64,000 nt of DNA, from positions 972 to 64,971 of the forward strand of contig JBPCNO010000047.1 of assembly GCA_051001135.1 (NCBI GenBank), read 5' to 3'. The DNA is from Acidobacteriaceae bacterium. GTDB taxonomy: Bacteria > Acidobacteriota > Terriglobia > Terriglobales > Acidobacteriaceae. This document shows positions 62,736-64,000 of the stretch, in pieces. Each line of letters begins with the position of its first letter. Positions within the stretch are counted from its first letter, which is position 1. Under the pieces are notes generated by a model. It saw nothing but the letters and a program-made list of their open reading frames with translations, made no database searches and was not told the DNA's origin. The position numbers and the translations under genes are program-made.

Positions 62736-64000
62736 ATGGATTACGTTCCACACGCGAGACGCTCTCGGCATTTCGGCATACTGCTCATGAGCTTCGCGCT
62801 CGCCATTGGCTGCGAGCTTTCGCGTCCTGCGATGTCGCACGCAGCGGAGACGACCACCGCAGCGGCCGATCACCCCGCGAACGTCTACAACCCTGTCGCG
62901 AATCCCCACGCGGTGGTGCGGTTGGGCCATGCGCGCTTCACGGTGCTCACGCCCCAACTCATCCGCATGGAGTGGGCTCCCGACGATCATTTCGAAGACC
63001 ACGCCTCCTTCGTCTTCCTCAATCGCGATCTGCCGGTTCCCAGGTTCAAGTCGCATGTCAAAGGAACGCAAGCCGGACAGCAATTAGTGATTACGACCGA
63101 TGCGCTGACTCTGCGCTACACCGCCACCAGCGCAGAGCAGGGCAAGTTCACAGCGGACGACCTGACGATCGAGTTCAAGCTGAATGGGCAGACCGCCGCC
63201 TGGCATCCGGGTATGGCCGATGCCGAAAACCTGCAGGGCACTACGCGCACGCTCGATGGCGCGCTCGGCTCGAAGACCAAGGAGCCCATCGAGCCCGGAC
63301 TCCTGTCCCGCTCGGGATGGAGCGTTGTGGATGATTCCAGGCGCCCGCTCTTCGATTCCGACGACTTCAGCTTCGCCCAAGGCGAAAAGAGCCCGTGGCC
63401 GTGGGTGACCGAGCGGCCGGCGGGCGATCGGCAAGATCTCTACTTCTTCGGGTACGGCCACGCGTATAAGCAGGCGCTCGGTGACTACATCAAAGTGGCC
63501 GGACCCATTCCGCTGCCGCCCCGCTTTGCCTTCGGTGCATGGTGGTCCCGTTACTGGGCGTACAGCGATCAGGAGTTGGATGAGTTGGTGCGCGGCTTCC
63601 ATCAGAACTCGACACCGCTCGATGTGCTGGTGATCGACATGGACTGGCACCGAACCTACGGCGAGAGCTGGTGGAAGCACCAGCAGGATGCGTCCGGCCA
63701 TGCGCTGGGCTGGAGCGGCTATAGCTGGAACAAGATGTTGTTTCCCGATCCGCCACAGTTCCTCCAGCACCTGCATGAGGAGGGGTTGAAGGTCACCCTC
63801 AATCTTCATCCCGCCTCCGGCGTGCAGCCGTTCGAGGATCCATATCCGGAGATGGCCAAGGCCATGGGCGTCGATCCGGCCAGCAAGCAATACGTGCCTT
63901 TCGATATTACAAATAAGAAGTTCGCCACCAACTACATGAACATCCTGCACCATCCGCTGGAGAAGCAGGGCATCGACTTCTGGTGGTTGGACTGGCAGCA
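62736..64000 (+). CDS. Glycoside hydrolase family 31 protein (partial; continues beyond the window)
   Basis: Absent from the ORF track because there is no stop in the window. My translation from ATG 62736: MDYVPHARRSRHFGILLMSFALAIG...RFAFGAWWSRYWAYSDQELDELVRGFHQNSTPLDVLVIDMDWH...GIDFWWLDWQ. It is open to 64000. PPRFAFG.WWSRY, IDMDW and FWWLDWQ are GH31-type segments. The - strand ORFs 62613-63083 and 63084-63953 are antisense shadows. Confidence 0.7.
   Translation, partial: MDYVPHARRSRHFGILLMSFALAIGCELSRPAMSHAAETTTAAADHPANVYNPVANPHAVVRLGHARFTVLTPQLIRMEWAPDDHFEDHASFVFLNRDLPVPRFKSHVKGTQAGQQLVITTDALTLRYTATSAEQGKFTADDLTIEFKLNGQTAAWHPGMADAENLQGTTRTLDGALGSKTKEPIEPGLLSRSGWSVVDDSRRPLFDSDDFSFAQGEKSPWPWVTERPAGDRQDLYFFGYGHAYKQALGDYIKVAGPIPLPPRFAFGAWWSRYWAYSDQELDELVRGFHQNSTPLDVLVIDMDWHRTYGESWWKHQQDASGHALGWSGYSWNKMLFPDPPQFLQHLHEEGLKVTLNLHPASGVQPFEDPYPEMAKAMGVDPASKQYVPFDITNKKFATNYMNILHHPLEKQGIDFWWLDWQ

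Overview
GC-rich bacterial chromosomal segment. By hand count, one coding line is 67% G+C, while a 468-bp spacer falls to 43-48%. The gene content suggests an Acidobacteriota (Terriglobia-like) genome: a VWFA-related 'acidobacterial' protein, a giant choice-of-anchor-D/Big_2 glycosidase, and CATCCTGAGCGA...GAAGG REP-like repeats. That assignment is inference only.

I call 51 protein-coding loci, 3 of them disrupted. I found no rRNA, tRNA, CRISPR, transposase or integrase.

Gene blocks, in order:
- 1-4.3 kb: MOSC (partial), pruA, and an ECF41-like sigma factor divergent from CMD/AhpD-like and TrmO genes.
- 4.4-11 kb: regulatory hub. An atypical LuxR pseudo-receiver lies divergent from a co-directional run of receiver-thioredoxin-reductase-like fusion, soluble cNMP-domain histidine kinase, cupin, motA and motB.
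- 11-13 kb: GT-C-type membrane glycosyltransferase.
- 13.5-30 kb: fatty-acid beta-oxidation supercluster (hydrolase, fadD, etfA, etfB, EtfD-like Fe-S membrane protein, TetR, then FadN-like, thiolase, acyl-CoA dehydrogenase). A secreted clan-GH-A glycosidase plus an OMP gene interrupts it.
- 29.8-34 kb: leucine-catabolic genes (enoyl-CoA hydratase, HMG-CoA lyase, carboxyltransferase beta).
- 34-47 kb: housekeeping mix (HD, XRE, uppS, DUF488, Tat-SDR, fused MoaD-MoaE, VWA, Hfq-like, IMPase, isochorismatase, FG-GAP, ferredoxin, recO, orphan nuoI-like, PPC).
- 48.4-54.9 kb: translationally coupled ABC exporter plus a 1569-aa cyclic-beta-1,2-glucan-synthase-like protein that lacks the GH94 phosphorylase domain.
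- 56.6-64 kb: glycan locus (1431-aa multi-Ig glycosidase, O-antigen-ligase-like protein, GH31 partial).

Most notable hunt results:
- An ABM monooxygenase gene, invisible in the ORF track, carries two in-frame TAG codons. Both sit in GCTAGG context, as expected from CCAGG 5mC deamination.
- Two further frameshifted genes.
- The truncated Cgs-like/ABC pair.
- The Rec-TrxR-like (no CxxC)/cNMP-HK/cupin/motAB block.
- A paralogous glycosidase family with a CC motif.
- An Hfq-like gene coupled to the IMPase gene.
- REP-like inverted repeats.
- A six-frame CTAG stop cassette.

All functional calls rest on motif recognition by eye. No database search was run.
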